This document shows positions 9,265-18,396 of a DNA stretch of 64,000 nt, in pieces. A program made the position numbers and the translations under genes. This DNA comes from an uncultured Verrucomicrobiae bacterium. Its GTDB lineage: Bacteria > Chlamydiota > Chlamydiia > Chlamydiales > Rhabdochlamydiaceae. The stretch spans positions 1,632,001 through 1,696,000 of the forward strand of contig OY970364.1 of NCBI GenBank assembly GCA_963718565.1, read 5' to 3'. The notes beneath the pieces were generated by a model. It did not search any database and was not told where the DNA came from. It was given only the letters and a program-made list of their open reading frames with translations. Position 1 is the stretch's first letter. Each line of letters starts with the position of its first letter.

Positions 9265-9437
9265 ATGGATAGGCTTCCTCGATCTTTTGAAAAAAACGGA
9301 TCGTAGATTCTGCATTTAAAGTTTGGTCTTCCTGGATTACCACATTGTGGGAGACAACATCGATGGCCCCTGAAAGGTTGAGTCTTGAACGGCCTGTGTT
9401 AGTTGGGATCTCTTTACGAACCCTTTTTGATCCATCC
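9265..9437 (-). pseudogene. IS630-family transposase fragment
   Basis: GWIKK(G)/VRKEIPTNTGRSRLNLSGAID...NAESTIRFFQKIEEAYP with a 1-nt frameshift; truncated at both ends. Confidence 0.75.
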
Positions 9438-9491
9438 AAAAGCATTAGTAGATCAAAATCCTCTTCTCTTTTAAGATTCTGTTTAAGACAG

Positions 9492-9542
9492 AGAGAATTG
9501 CAAAAGCGCGATTTTATGCGGCGAGGAGTTTTGCAGTTCCCT
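9492..9542. mobile_element. MITE family A, internally deleted copy
   Basis: agagaattgcaaaa...tatgcggcgaggagttttgcagttccct. Confidence 0.8.
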
Positions 9543-9583
9543 TGACATTCTAAAGTTTTTTCCGTCATTTTTGGAGCTAAATC

Positions 9584-10642
9584 ATGGAATACGCCAGAGA
9601 ATCGATTCTCATCTCAGCAATACGCATCTTGTGCAAAGCTTTTGCCGGAGTCATTGGTGTTTTGCTAGGCATACTATTAATTTTCCTTGCACTGATGATG
9701 TTTTCCTCGCCGGATATTTATCCTCCGAAAAGCTCTCTTGAAATTTCTCCTGATGCAAATGGCCAGCGCGAGCTTCTTCCTCATACCTCTCCAGTGCTTT
9801 TAAAAATGGATATCACAGGTGTGATTGGCCAAGGCGATTTGATAGCTAATAAATTTCAAAATTCTTTATTCGATTCCCACGAAGGCATGTTCTCGCCAGA
9901 TCGCGTTAAAGGCATTCTTCTGCATATCAATACACCTGGAGGAACCGTTGATGACGCGGACGGAATTTATCGCGCCCTTTTGAATTACAAGAAAAAATAT
10001 CAAGTGCCGATTTACGCTTATGTTGATGGCATGTGCGCATCAGGCGGCATGTACATCGCTTCCTCTTGTGATAAAATTTTTGCTTCGCCCTCGAGCGTCA
10101 TCGGCTCTATCGGTGTGATTTTGGGCCCCGCGTTCAATTTCTCGGGGCTGATGGACAGGTATGGAGTCCAAGCCTTGACAATCACTCAAGGTAAGGACAA
10201 AGACATGCTTAACCCGTTTAGGCCATGGCAACCTGGGGAAGATGCTTCTTTACGCAATATCACCGCTGATCTCTATCAGCGCTTTGTTTCCATTGTGATA
10301 GCAGCACGGCCTAACTTAGATCAGGATAAACTGGTCAACGAATACGGCGCGCAAGTTTTTGTCGCAGGCGATGCGCAAAAGCTCGGCTATGTCGATGACG
10401 GCAATGCGGATTATACAGTTGCAGTTTCAGAGCTTGCAAAAGCGGCAAAAATCTCCGATAACCAAAGATATCAAGTGATGACCATTTCCCCCATGCGCCC
10501 ATTCCTTGCGGACATTACTCAGGGAAAACTTTCGCTGCTCTCTGGAAAAGTGACCCATCATTTTCAAATCAATGCATTTATGAACTCTGAATTAAGCGGA
10601 CGATTTCTCTATATGTATCAACCCGGCCTCGAATTTCAGTAA
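9584..10642 (+). CDS. sohB: S49 family signal peptide peptidase (SohB/SppA)
   Basis: N-terminal TM; INTPGG, CASGGMYIA, IGSIGV and GKDKD motifs; upstream of polA. Confidence 0.88.
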   Translation: MEYARESILISAIRILCKAFAGVIGVLLGILLIFLALMMFSSPDIYPPKSSLEISPDANGQRELLPHTSPVLLKMDITGVIGQGDLIANKFQNSLFDSHEGMFSPDRVKGILLHINTPGGTVDDADGIYRALLNYKKKYQVPIYAYVDGMCASGGMYIASSCDKIFASPSSVIGSIGVILGPAFNFSGLMDRYGVQALTITQGKDKDMLNPFRPWQPGEDASLRNITADLYQRFVSIVIAARPNLDQDKLVNEYGAQVFVAGDAQKLGYVDDGNADYTVAVSELAKAAKISDNQRYQVMTISPMRPFLADITQGKLSLLSGKVTHHFQINAFMNSELSGRFLYMYQPGLEFQ

Positions 10643-10700
10643 ACACCTTGTTTGTCCAAAAACATCCAGTTTGTCCAGAAATTTTTCAATTGAAAAAATT

Positions 10701-10808
10701 TAACCACCCGTTCGCTTCGCTCACTAGAGGGCACAGAGAGCACAGAGAAAAAAAATCCTCCCTCTGTGCTCTCTGTGCCCTCTAGTGAACGAAGCGAACG
10801 GGTGGTTA
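10701..10808. repeat. Long hairpin (47-bp arms, one mismatch) upstream of polA
   Basis: taaccacccgttcgcttcgctcactagagggcacagagagcacagag and its reverse complement; each arm carries the GTGA(G/A)CGAAGCGAAC motif. Confidence 0.92.
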
Positions 10809-10838
10809 TAAAATTCAAAGAACGTCTCTTAACTTCTC

Positions 10839-13514
10839 ATGGAAAAAATTTACATCGTCGACGCTGTTAATTTCTTATTCCGATCCTACTATGCAATCGG
10901 GCCGATGACCAATGCAAAAGGGGAATCGACCAATGCCCTTTACGGATTCATCCGTTCCCTTTTCAAATTGATGAATGAATTCTCCCCGGATTATTTTGTG
11001 GCGGTCTTCGATGGTCCTGAAAACAAAAAGTCGCGGTCGGAGATTTATAGCGAATATAAGAGCCACCGCACAGGAATGCCCGAGGATCTTTTCCCCCAAT
11101 TAAACCAGGCTCTGCATTTTTGCGAGATTGCGGGAATACCCTACCTTTCCGTGACTGGAGTCGAAGCAGATGATACCATGGGAAGCATTGCCCGATGGAT
11201 GGAAAAAAAAGGCATTCAAGTTTTTCTCTGCACCAGCGATAAAGACCTTTGCCAACTCGTCTCGGATCATATTTTCATCATCAATCCTCATAAAGATAAT
11301 CTCCTCATCGATCGGGAAAAAGTGAAAGAGCTATTCGGGGTGACTCCCGAACAGATTGTCGATCTTTTAGCAATGGTCGGTGATGCCTCTGACAACATTC
11401 CTGGACTTGAAGGATTTGGTCCAAAAACTGCTGCATCTCTTCTGAGCGAATTCGGTACACTAGAATACATTCTCGCACATCCCGAAAAATTGAGCGGTAA
11501 AAAGAAAGAGGTGATCATCAATGACAAAGAGATTGCCTTGATGAGTAAAAAATTGGCGATCATCCATACGGATATTCCTTTTCCTCACGAAGAAAGATTC
11601 TTTCACTTAAAGACTCCCGATTTGGAAAGAGTCAAAGAATTTTATCATGAAATGCGTTTCATGTCCCTTTTACGCGAACTGGGTATTGAAGAAGAAACCC
11701 CTTCAAAAGGGCGACCTATCAAAGAGCCTATTGCTTTCCATTATCATCTTATCGACGATGAAGAAACTCTTGAAGAATTAGTCCATCGCCTTGAAAAAGA
11801 AAAAGAGATTTGCCTCGATACCGAGACAACAGATATTCGTCCTATGCAGGCAAAACTTGTCGGAATCGGCCTCGGTATCCGTCCTGGTGAAGCTTGGTAC
11901 ATCCCCCTTAATGGCAAACTCGGAAAAGAAAGGGGACTTAGCCTATTAAAGCCTTTACTGGAAAATGACCAGATTGGCTTTATCGGCCATAACATTAAGT
12001 ACGACCTTCATGTCCTGCGCAACGAAAACATCACCCTGCCGAACATTGCCTTCGACACCATCCTTGCTTCTTATTTAATCAGTCCACAAACTCAGCGGCA
12101 CAATCTCGATGGGCTTTCCTTGGAAAAATTTGGCGAGGTCAAAATTCCTATCGAAGATCTGATCGGCAAAGGGAAAAAACAGATCTCGATGAACGAGGTT
12201 CCCTTAGATAAAATCACCCATTATTGTTGCGAGGACGTCGATTTTACTCTAAGACTAAAGCAGCTCTTTGAAAAAGATTTAGAACTCATGGAATTGACCC
12301 CTCTTTTTGAGCAGATTGAGCTTCCTCTGATTCCCATCTTAGCACAAATGGAGAGAAATGGGATCTATGTCGATGTGAAAAAACTTGAGAAAATGTCCGA
12401 AGAACTCAAAAGAAAGATCAAAGAATTGGAGCATCAGATCTATGATCTTGCTGGAGAGCAATTCAATATCAATTCTCCAAGACAGCTAAGCGTGATTCTT
12501 TTTGAAAAAATGGGGATAAAAGCTCCAAAAAAAACAGCAACTGGCTATTCCACTGCGTTTGACGTCCTCGATTCTCTTAAAGAAGAGGCGCCGATCGTTA
12601 AAAAAATCATCGAATATAGAACTTTAGAGAAACTGCGCTCGACTTATGTCGATTCACTTCCTGAACAAATCAACCCTACTACTCATCGGATTCACTGCAC
12701 ATTTAATCAATCCGTTGCCGCTACAGGACGGCTTTCCTGCCAAGATCCCAATCTGCAGAATATTCCCGTACGCACTGAAGAAGGAATGAAAATTCGCGAA
12801 GCCTTCAGACCTCAAAAGCCGCACTACAGTTTTGTCGCTGCCGATTATTCCCAGATTGAACTGCGCCTGCTTGCGCACCTTTCTGGAGATCCCTCCCTCC
12901 TCAAAGCTTTCCAGGAAGGAGAAGATGTCCATACTTATACGGCTGCGCTCGTCTTTGGCATTCCCCTGCAAGAAGTGACTCCCCAGATGCGCTATCGAGC
13001 CAAAGCCGTCAACTTTGGCATTATCTACGGTCAGCAAGCTTTCGGGCTCTCGCAGCAATTGGGGATCAGTTACAACGAAGCAGAAGAGTTTATTCATACT
13101 TATTTTGAAAGATACGCAAAAGTAAAAGAATTTCTTAACTTCTGTAAAGAAAGCGTTCGCAAAACAGGACGAGCTGTCACTTTGACGGGCAGACAACGGC
13201 CGATTCCTGAGATCCATAGCAAAAACCCCACAATTCGCGCCGCTGCTGAAAGGCTGGCTATCAATACGCCATTACAAGGAACAGCTGCCGATTTGATTAA
13301 AATGGCTATGGTCCAAGTGGATGCACATCTTAAAAAACATCCCGATGAAGGTAACATGATCCTGCAAATCCATGATGAGCTTTTGTTTGAAACAGCCGAT
13401 GAACAAGCAAAAAAGCTCTCTAGTCAAGTAAAAAACATAATGGAAGGGATATTTGCCTTGAATATCCCCCTCATTGTTAATATTTCTATTGGAAAAAACT
13501 GGAGAGAATGTTAA
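10839..13514 (+). CDS. polA: DNA polymerase I
   Basis: 5'-3' exonuclease (EADD, SDKDL, GDASDNIPG), 3'-5' exonuclease (DTETT) and polymerase (DYSQIELR, KAVNFGIIYG, QIHDEL) motifs. Confidence 0.99.
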   Translation: MEKIYIVDAVNFLFRSYYAIGPMTNAKGESTNALYGFIRSLFKLMNEFSPDYFVAVFDGPENKKSRSEIYSEYKSHRTGMPEDLFPQLNQALHFCEIAGIPYLSVTGVEADDTMGSIARWMEKKGIQVFLCTSDKDLCQLVSDHIFIINPHKDNLLIDREKVKELFGVTPEQIVDLLAMVGDASDNIPGLEGFGPKTAASLLSEFGTLEYILAHPEKLSGKKKEVIINDKEIALMSKKLAIIHTDIPFPHEERFFHLKTPDLERVKEFYHEMRFMSLLRELGIEEETPSKGRPIKEPIAFHYHLIDDEETLEELVHRLEKEKEICLDTETTDIRPMQAKLVGIGLGIRPGEAWYIPLNGKLGKERGLSLLKPLLENDQIGFIGHNIKYDLHVLRNENITLPNIAFDTILASYLISPQTQRHNLDGLSLEKFGEVKIPIEDLIGKGKKQISMNEVPLDKITHYCCEDVDFTLRLKQLFEKDLELMELTPLFEQIELPLIPILAQMERNGIYVDVKKLEKMSEELKRKIKELEHQIYDLAGEQFNINSPRQLSVILFEKMGIKAPKKTATGYSTAFDVLDSLKEEAPIVKKIIEYRTLEKLRSTYVDSLPEQINPTTHRIHCTFNQSVAATGRLSCQDPNLQNIPVRTEEGMKIREAFRPQKPHYSFVAADYSQIELRLLAHLSGDPSLLKAFQEGEDVHTYTAALVFGIPLQEVTPQMRYRAKAVNFGIIYGQQAFGLSQQLGISYNEAEEFIHTYFERYAKVKEFLNFCKESVRKTGRAVTLTGRQRPIPEIHSKNPTIRAAAERLAINTPLQGTAADLIKMAMVQVDAHLKKHPDEGNMILQIHDELLFETADEQAKKLSSQVKNIMEGIFALNIPLIVNISIGKNWREC

Positions 13515-14113
13515 AACTAAGGAAAGTTGCTGTAACAGGTGGGTTAGCAGCCGGGAAAACTACCGTCTGCCAAATCTTTGAAGAACTCGGCGCCTATGTC
13601 GTAAGTGCCGATGAGATAGTCCACCAGTTGTTATCTCCAGGAACTACCGTTGGCCAGCAGGTCGTAAGATTACTAGGTTCAGATATTATCAGCGGTCAAG
13701 CGTTCGATCGAAAGAAGATCGGTGCTAAAGTGTTTTCTCAACCAGACCTCCTTCGTGCCCTGGAAGAAATTATTCATCCGGCTGTATTCGATGAAATTGA
13801 GCGAAAATATCAGCAGATCAATCGTGAAAAGAAATACTCTTTATTTGTTGCGGAAATTCCCCTTCTTTATGAGTCAGAAGGAGAAGGACGCTTTGATGCT
13901 GTCATCAGTATCTTTGCTGATCCCGAACTTTGCCGAAAAAGATTCGCGCAGCAAACCCATCAACCCGTTCAAGAATTCGACAAGCGAATGACACGACAGA
14001 TAGAACCGAAAGTAAAAGCCAATAAAGCGCATTATTCGATTGAAAACAATGGCGATGTTAAGCAGCTCAAACTCAAAGTCAAACCACTCTATTTCCAATT
14101 AACAGAAAAGTAA
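13508..14113 (+). CDS. coaE: Dephospho-CoA kinase
   Basis: VTGGLAAGKTT, ADEIVH, IIHPAV and EIPLLYE motifs. Confidence 0.95.
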   Translation: MLKLRKVAVTGGLAAGKTTVCQIFEELGAYVVSADEIVHQLLSPGTTVGQQVVRLLGSDIISGQAFDRKKIGAKVFSQPDLLRALEEIIHPAVFDEIERKYQQINREKKYSLFVAEIPLLYESEGEGRFDAVISIFADPELCRKRFAQQTHQPVQEFDKRMTRQIEPKVKANKAHYSIENNGDVKQLKLKVKPLYFQLTEK

Positions 14114-14148
14114 AAAATATCCTCGTTAACTAAGGAGTCTGATTTTCA

Positions 14149-15495
14149 ATGAATCAAGAAGACACCATTCAAGATGTCCAAGAACCTGGCAATGATAGAA
14201 CACCTAAAGGGCCGACCGACAGGCCCCCACCCCAGGAAAATGTCACAAAAATTGCTGATCTCCAACGCATGAACGTCGATCAGCTCAATCACTTTGCGCG
14301 CAACCTCGGCTTGAAAAATCTCGGTGCTTTGGCCAAATCGCAAATTGTCTTCGAAATTGTCAAATACCTTTCTGAAAGGCCTGACGAGGTTCTCGTAGGT
14401 GAAGGGGTGCTCGAAGTTCTTCCTGACGGTTTCGGGTTTTTACGCTCCCCTAACTACAATTATCTCCCATCCGCAGAAGACATTTATGTTTCTCCGGCTC
14501 AAATCCGACGTTTCGATCTGAAAAAAGGCGATACCGTATACGGAACCATCCGCTCGCCTAAAGAAAAAGAAAAATACTTTGCTCTTTTAAAAGTCGAAAA
14601 AATCAATAACAAACATCCTGATAAAGCACGAGACCGCGTCCTTTTCGAAAACCTTACCCCGCTTTATCCCAGCTCACGTCTTGTCATGGAAACGACGAAA
14701 GACCGGATGACCACCCGTGTGCTGGATTTGACAGCACCTATCGGCAAAGGTCAACGATCGCTCATCGTAGCCCCTCCCCGCTCAGGAAAAACAATTATTT
14801 TGCAAAACATCGCCAATGCGATCTCGACCAACCATCCTGAGGTTGTGTTGATTGTCCTGCTGATCGATGAGAGGCCCGAAGAAGTGACGGACATGATCCG
14901 CAGCGTCAAAGGGGAAGTCGTGTCATCGACATTCGACGAACCCCCAGAAAGACACTGTCAAGTGGCCGAGATGGCCATCGAAAAAGCGCGCCGTCTCGTC
15001 GAATACGGTCACGATGTCGTTATCCTCCTTGACAATTTAACGCGACTCGCACGTGCCTACAATACAGTTCAGCCGCACTCAGGCAAGATCTTGTCTGGAG
15101 GTGTCGATGCTGGCGCACTTCACAAACCCAAACGCTTCTTTGGCGCAGCCCGTAATGTTGAAGAAGGCGGTTCGCTCACGATTATCGCTACAGCCTTAAT
15201 TGACACAGGGTCGCGCATGGACGAGGTCATCTTCGAAGAGTTCAAGGGAACAGGAAATATGGAACTTGTTCTTGATCGACGTCTTGCTGATCGTAGAATC
15301 TTCCCAGCCATCGACATTATCAAGAGCGGTACGCGCAAAGAAGAGCTTCTTTATCATCCCGATGAACTTGAGAAAATCTATCTGATGCGGCAAGCTCTGG
15401 CCGATCTTTCTCCATTGGATGCGATGAATCTTTTGATCGGACGCCTTAAAAAGACAAATAGCAACGTCGAATTCCTTCTCACGATGAAAGAATAA
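14149..15495 (+). CDS. rho: Transcription termination factor Rho
   Basis: [32 protein letters not shown] and [12 protein letters not shown] motifs. Confidence 0.99.
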   Translation: MNQEDTIQDVQEPGNDRTPKGPTDRPPPQENVTKIADLQRMNVDQLNHFARNLGLKNLGALAKSQIVFEIVKYLSERPDEVLVGEGVLEVLPDGFGFLRSPNYNYLPSAEDIYVSPAQIRRFDLKKGDTVYGTIRSPKEKEKYFALLKVEKINNKHPDKARDRVLFENLTPLYPSSRLVMETTKDRMTTRVLDLTAPIGKGQRSLIVAPPRSGKTIILQNIANAISTNHPEVVLIVLLIDERPEEVTDMIRSVKGEVVSSTFDEPPERHCQVAEMAIEKARRLVEYGHDVVILLDNLTRLARAYNTVQPHSGKILSGGVDAGALHKPKRFFGAARNVEEGGSLTIIATALIDTGSRMDEVIFEEFKGTGNMELVLDRRLADRRIFPAIDIIKSGTRKEELLYHPDELEKIYLMRQALADLSPLDAMNLLIGRLKKTNSNVEFLLTMKE

Positions 15496-15528
15496 GCGAG
15501 AAGAAAAACAAAGACCGGACAGCAGAGT

Positions 15529-15548
15529 AGCGGAGGAATCCCTCCGCT
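15529..15548 (+). terminator. GC-rich hairpin downstream of rho (possible terminator stem, no U-tract)
   Basis: agcggagg-aatc-cctccgct. Confidence 0.4.
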
Positions 15549-15590
15549 CTCATAACCCGCTGGTCCTTGGTTCAAGTCCAAGTTGCCCCA
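15549..15590 (+). pseudogene. 3' half of a tRNA with CAT anticodon (Ile2/Met type); possible att-site relic
   Basis: CTCATAA anticodon loop, cttgg-TTCAAGT-ccaag T-arm and ttgcccc-a acceptor 3' strand; no complementary 5' acceptor strand upstream. Confidence 0.75.
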
Positions 15591-15786
15591 CATTCTCAAC
15601 CAGCGCATTCCATAGCACTTACGACACAACAAACTTGATCAAATATCAACTTCAAGTTTAAAAAGACACCCTTCTCAAGGTTTTTTAGACGGGCTCTGTG
15701 AGTCGACGCGAAAAGGAACCCGCCAATCGAGACGAAGTCCGGGCGGGAGTGAGCGCACGAACAGCCATACTAATTCAGTCTAACTA

Positions 15787-16317
15787 CTACCCGAGATGGT
15801 CGACGATAGCCTTGGCAAACACTGACAAATCTTCAGGATGGCGCGAGCTGATTAAATTTCCATCGATAACAACGTCCTTATCCTGCCAAATCGCCCCCGC
15901 ATTTTCTAAATCATCTTTGATCGCAATAAAGCTTGTGACTTTCTTTCCCTTGAGAATCTTTGCTGAAATCGGAACCCATCCTCCATGGCAAATAAAGGCA
16001 ATGACTTTTCCCTCATCGAACGACTTCTTCACGATCTGGAGAGCCTCTGGAGACCTGCGGATCCGATCCGGAGCATAACCACCGGGGATGACAACAGCAG
16101 CACTCGAAACTGCAAGAGCTTCTTTAAAACTCATTTCGGCTTTGCAGGGGTAGCCATGTTTGCCATTGTACGTATGGCCTGCAAGGGGACCTGCAACGAT
16201 CACTTGACCACCGGCTTCTTCTAATCGAATTTTTGGATACCATAGCTCTAAATCTTCATAGAGCTCTTCTACAAGAATGATTACTTTTTTCATTGCCTTT
16301 CTCTCCATGACAAACAA
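15787..16317 (-). CDS. PfpI/DJ-1 family protein (type 1 glutamine amidotransferase-like)
   Basis: YEDLEL, IPGGYAPD, ICHGG and VVIDGNLISSR motifs. Confidence 0.93.
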   Translation of the reverse strand: MFVMERKAMKKVIILVEELYEDLELWYPKIRLEEAGGQVIVAGPLAGHTYNGKHGYPCKAEMSFKEALAVSSAAVVIPGGYAPDRIRRSPEALQIVKKSFDEGKVIAFICHGGWVPISAKILKGKKVTSFIAIKDDLENAGAIWQDKDVVIDGNLISSRHPEDLSVFAKAIVDHLG

Positions 16318-16432
16318 CTGTGCAGTTTATACCAGAGATTTTGATTAAACCTAAATTCGATCTTTATGATTTACAAATATTCTCACCTTTGCCTATGTTG
16401 GCAAGCTAGCTTAATCATTTCGGAGGTGCATA

Positions 16433-18055
16433 ATGAGGTTCTGTTCTAGATTTGTCTTAGCGACCATGCTACTTTATTGTGCCTTCGGCCTTTTTGGAGC
16501 TTCCTGTCAAAAAAAAGAAGAAGCGATTCGAAAACAGATTCAATCTGTCCATCTCAATTTAAGAAACGAACCGCCCAGTCTCGATCCTCGCAAGGGCGGC
16601 GATGTAATCTCTTCTCATTTGCATTTTCTTTTGTTCGAAGGACTGGTCAAATTGAACAAAGATGATTCGATTACCCCGGCTTTGGCAAAATCTTTCGAAA
16701 TATCCCCGGACGGCACCGTTTACACCTTTTTTTTAAGAGATGCGGTCTGGTCTAATGGAACTCCGGTCACAGCTTTTGATTTCGAAAAATCCTGGAAAGA
16801 TATTCTCGATCCTTCCTTTCCCAGCGTTAATGCCCACCTGCTTTATCCCATTAAAAATGCGGAGGCGGCTAAACAGGGGAAAGTCCCTTTGTGCGAGGTT
16901 GGCATCGCCGCTAAAGACGCCAACACCTTCGTCATCACACTGGGAACACCCACTCCGTATTTTCTCGATTTGGTCTCCTTTTGCGTCTTTTTCCCTGTCA
17001 ATCAGCGCATCGACGAGGAATATCCCGACTGGGCCCTTAACGCCGGAAAATTTTTTATTTCCAATGGCCCTTTTATATTGAAAGAATGGAAACACAACAA
17101 TGAAATTGTCGTCGTGAAAAATCCGCTGTATTGGGATCAAAACCGCGTCCGGCCCAACATCATTCACTTCAGTATGGTCGATAACGAGATGACCACATTA
17201 CAGATGTTTGAAAATGGCGAGTTGGATATGTTAGGCGACCCGCTTTCTCCTCTGCCGATCGATGCTCTGGCTTCGCTAAAGAAAAAAACTAAGGTGCACA
17301 CAAATCCTGTCGGAGGAACGACGATGATCACATTCAATGTCGATGCACCTCCCTTTAACAATGTCAACATTCGCAAAGCTTTTGCCTATGCTATCAATCG
17401 AGAATTGATTGTGAAGAATATCACCCAGATGGATGAGATTGTTGCGACTGGTGCTATTCCTCCTGTACTGAAAAACAATCGCAATCGAGCCTTTTTCAAA
17501 GATGGGGATATTGCCCAAGCTAAGATCCTTTTAGAAGAAGGCATGAAAGAACTGGGAATCACAAGGGAAGCTTTCACTGATATCACCTACTATTATGCGA
17601 CATCCGAACTCAACTATAAAATTGCCCAGGCGATTCAACAGCAGTGGCGAAACGCCTTAGGAGTGCACATCAACATCGAGAATCTGGAACAGAAGATTCT
17701 GATGGACAAACTGATCAAGCGCAACTATCACTTCGCGCAGAGCCTTTGGCTAGCACAATACAACGATCAAATGAATATCCTCGAACGCTTTAAATCTAAA
17801 CGGAATGTTAAGAACTATCCTAACTGGGAGAACGCTGAATTCGCTTGCCTTCTGGAAGAATCTTTTCACGAAAATGGTTTTAAGCGTGCCGAGATTTTAG
17901 AAAAAGCAGAAGAAATCTTCCTCAGGGAGATGCCAATCTGCCCTATCTATCATTGGAACATGAAATACATTGTACAGCCCTATTTAAACAATGTGGGACT
18001 CACCTCAATCGGAGATATTGTTTTTGAAAATCTCACCCTTGAGAGGGTGTTGTAA
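16433..18055 (+). CDS. oppA: Oligopeptide ABC transporter substrate-binding lipoprotein
   Basis: Lipobox-like GASC; SLDP, LFEGL, YTFFLRDAVWSNG, NGPF and KNPLYWD motifs. Confidence 0.93.
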   Translation: MRFCSRFVLATMLLYCAFGLFGASCQKKEEAIRKQIQSVHLNLRNEPPSLDPRKGGDVISSHLHFLLFEGLVKLNKDDSITPALAKSFEISPDGTVYTFFLRDAVWSNGTPVTAFDFEKSWKDILDPSFPSVNAHLLYPIKNAEAAKQGKVPLCEVGIAAKDANTFVITLGTPTPYFLDLVSFCVFFPVNQRIDEEYPDWALNAGKFFISNGPFILKEWKHNNEIVVVKNPLYWDQNRVRPNIIHFSMVDNEMTTLQMFENGELDMLGDPLSPLPIDALASLKKKTKVHTNPVGGTTMITFNVDAPPFNNVNIRKAFAYAINRELIVKNITQMDEIVATGAIPPVLKNNRNRAFFKDGDIAQAKILLEEGMKELGITREAFTDITYYYATSELNYKIAQAIQQQWRNALGVHINIENLEQKILMDKLIKRNYHFAQSLWLAQYNDQMNILERFKSKRNVKNYPNWENAEFACLLEESFHENGFKRAEILEKAEEIFLREMPICPIYHWNMKYIVQPYLNNVGLTSIGDIVFENLTLERVL

Positions 18056-18117
18056 AATTGGGTTTTAGGGATTTTTGATGCATTTTTTTGTAGGTTTAAA
18101 AGTAAATCCGAGTGACA

Positions 18118-18291
18118 TATACCGAAATGAATTCAAGATTTGGGAATTTGGCAAGGAGGCGCCCTGAATTTGAGCCAGTGTATGCGGCGCCGAAGCAGCA
18201 CAACTTGAATAAGTTGTGCGATGCAGGCGGGCTCAAATACAGCGGCTGCCCGACGTAGCCAAAAACCAAATCTTGAGTTCATTTCGGTATA
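18118..18291. mobile_element. Palindromic element family B, core form (174 bp)
   Basis: TIR tataccgaaatgaa(t/c)tcaagatttgg with TA ends; apical hairpin gcacaactt-gaat-aagttgtgc. Confidence 0.92.
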
Positions 18292-18396
18292 CTTGAATAA
18301 AGTAGGCCGAGGATTTACTTTTAAACATACGAAAAAAGGCGCAAAAAGCCCAAAACGGAATTTTATAACACCCTCTGAAAACAGGAAAACATCGCG

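Noticed and set aside
15510..15590. Complete tRNA-Met/Ile2 gene
   Set aside because: No 5' acceptor strand complementary to ttgcccc; reported as a fragment only
15685..15783. Possible degenerate element ttagac...gtctaa with inner cccgcc/ggcggg stem
   Set aside because: Terminal match is only 6 bp and there is no second copy in the window
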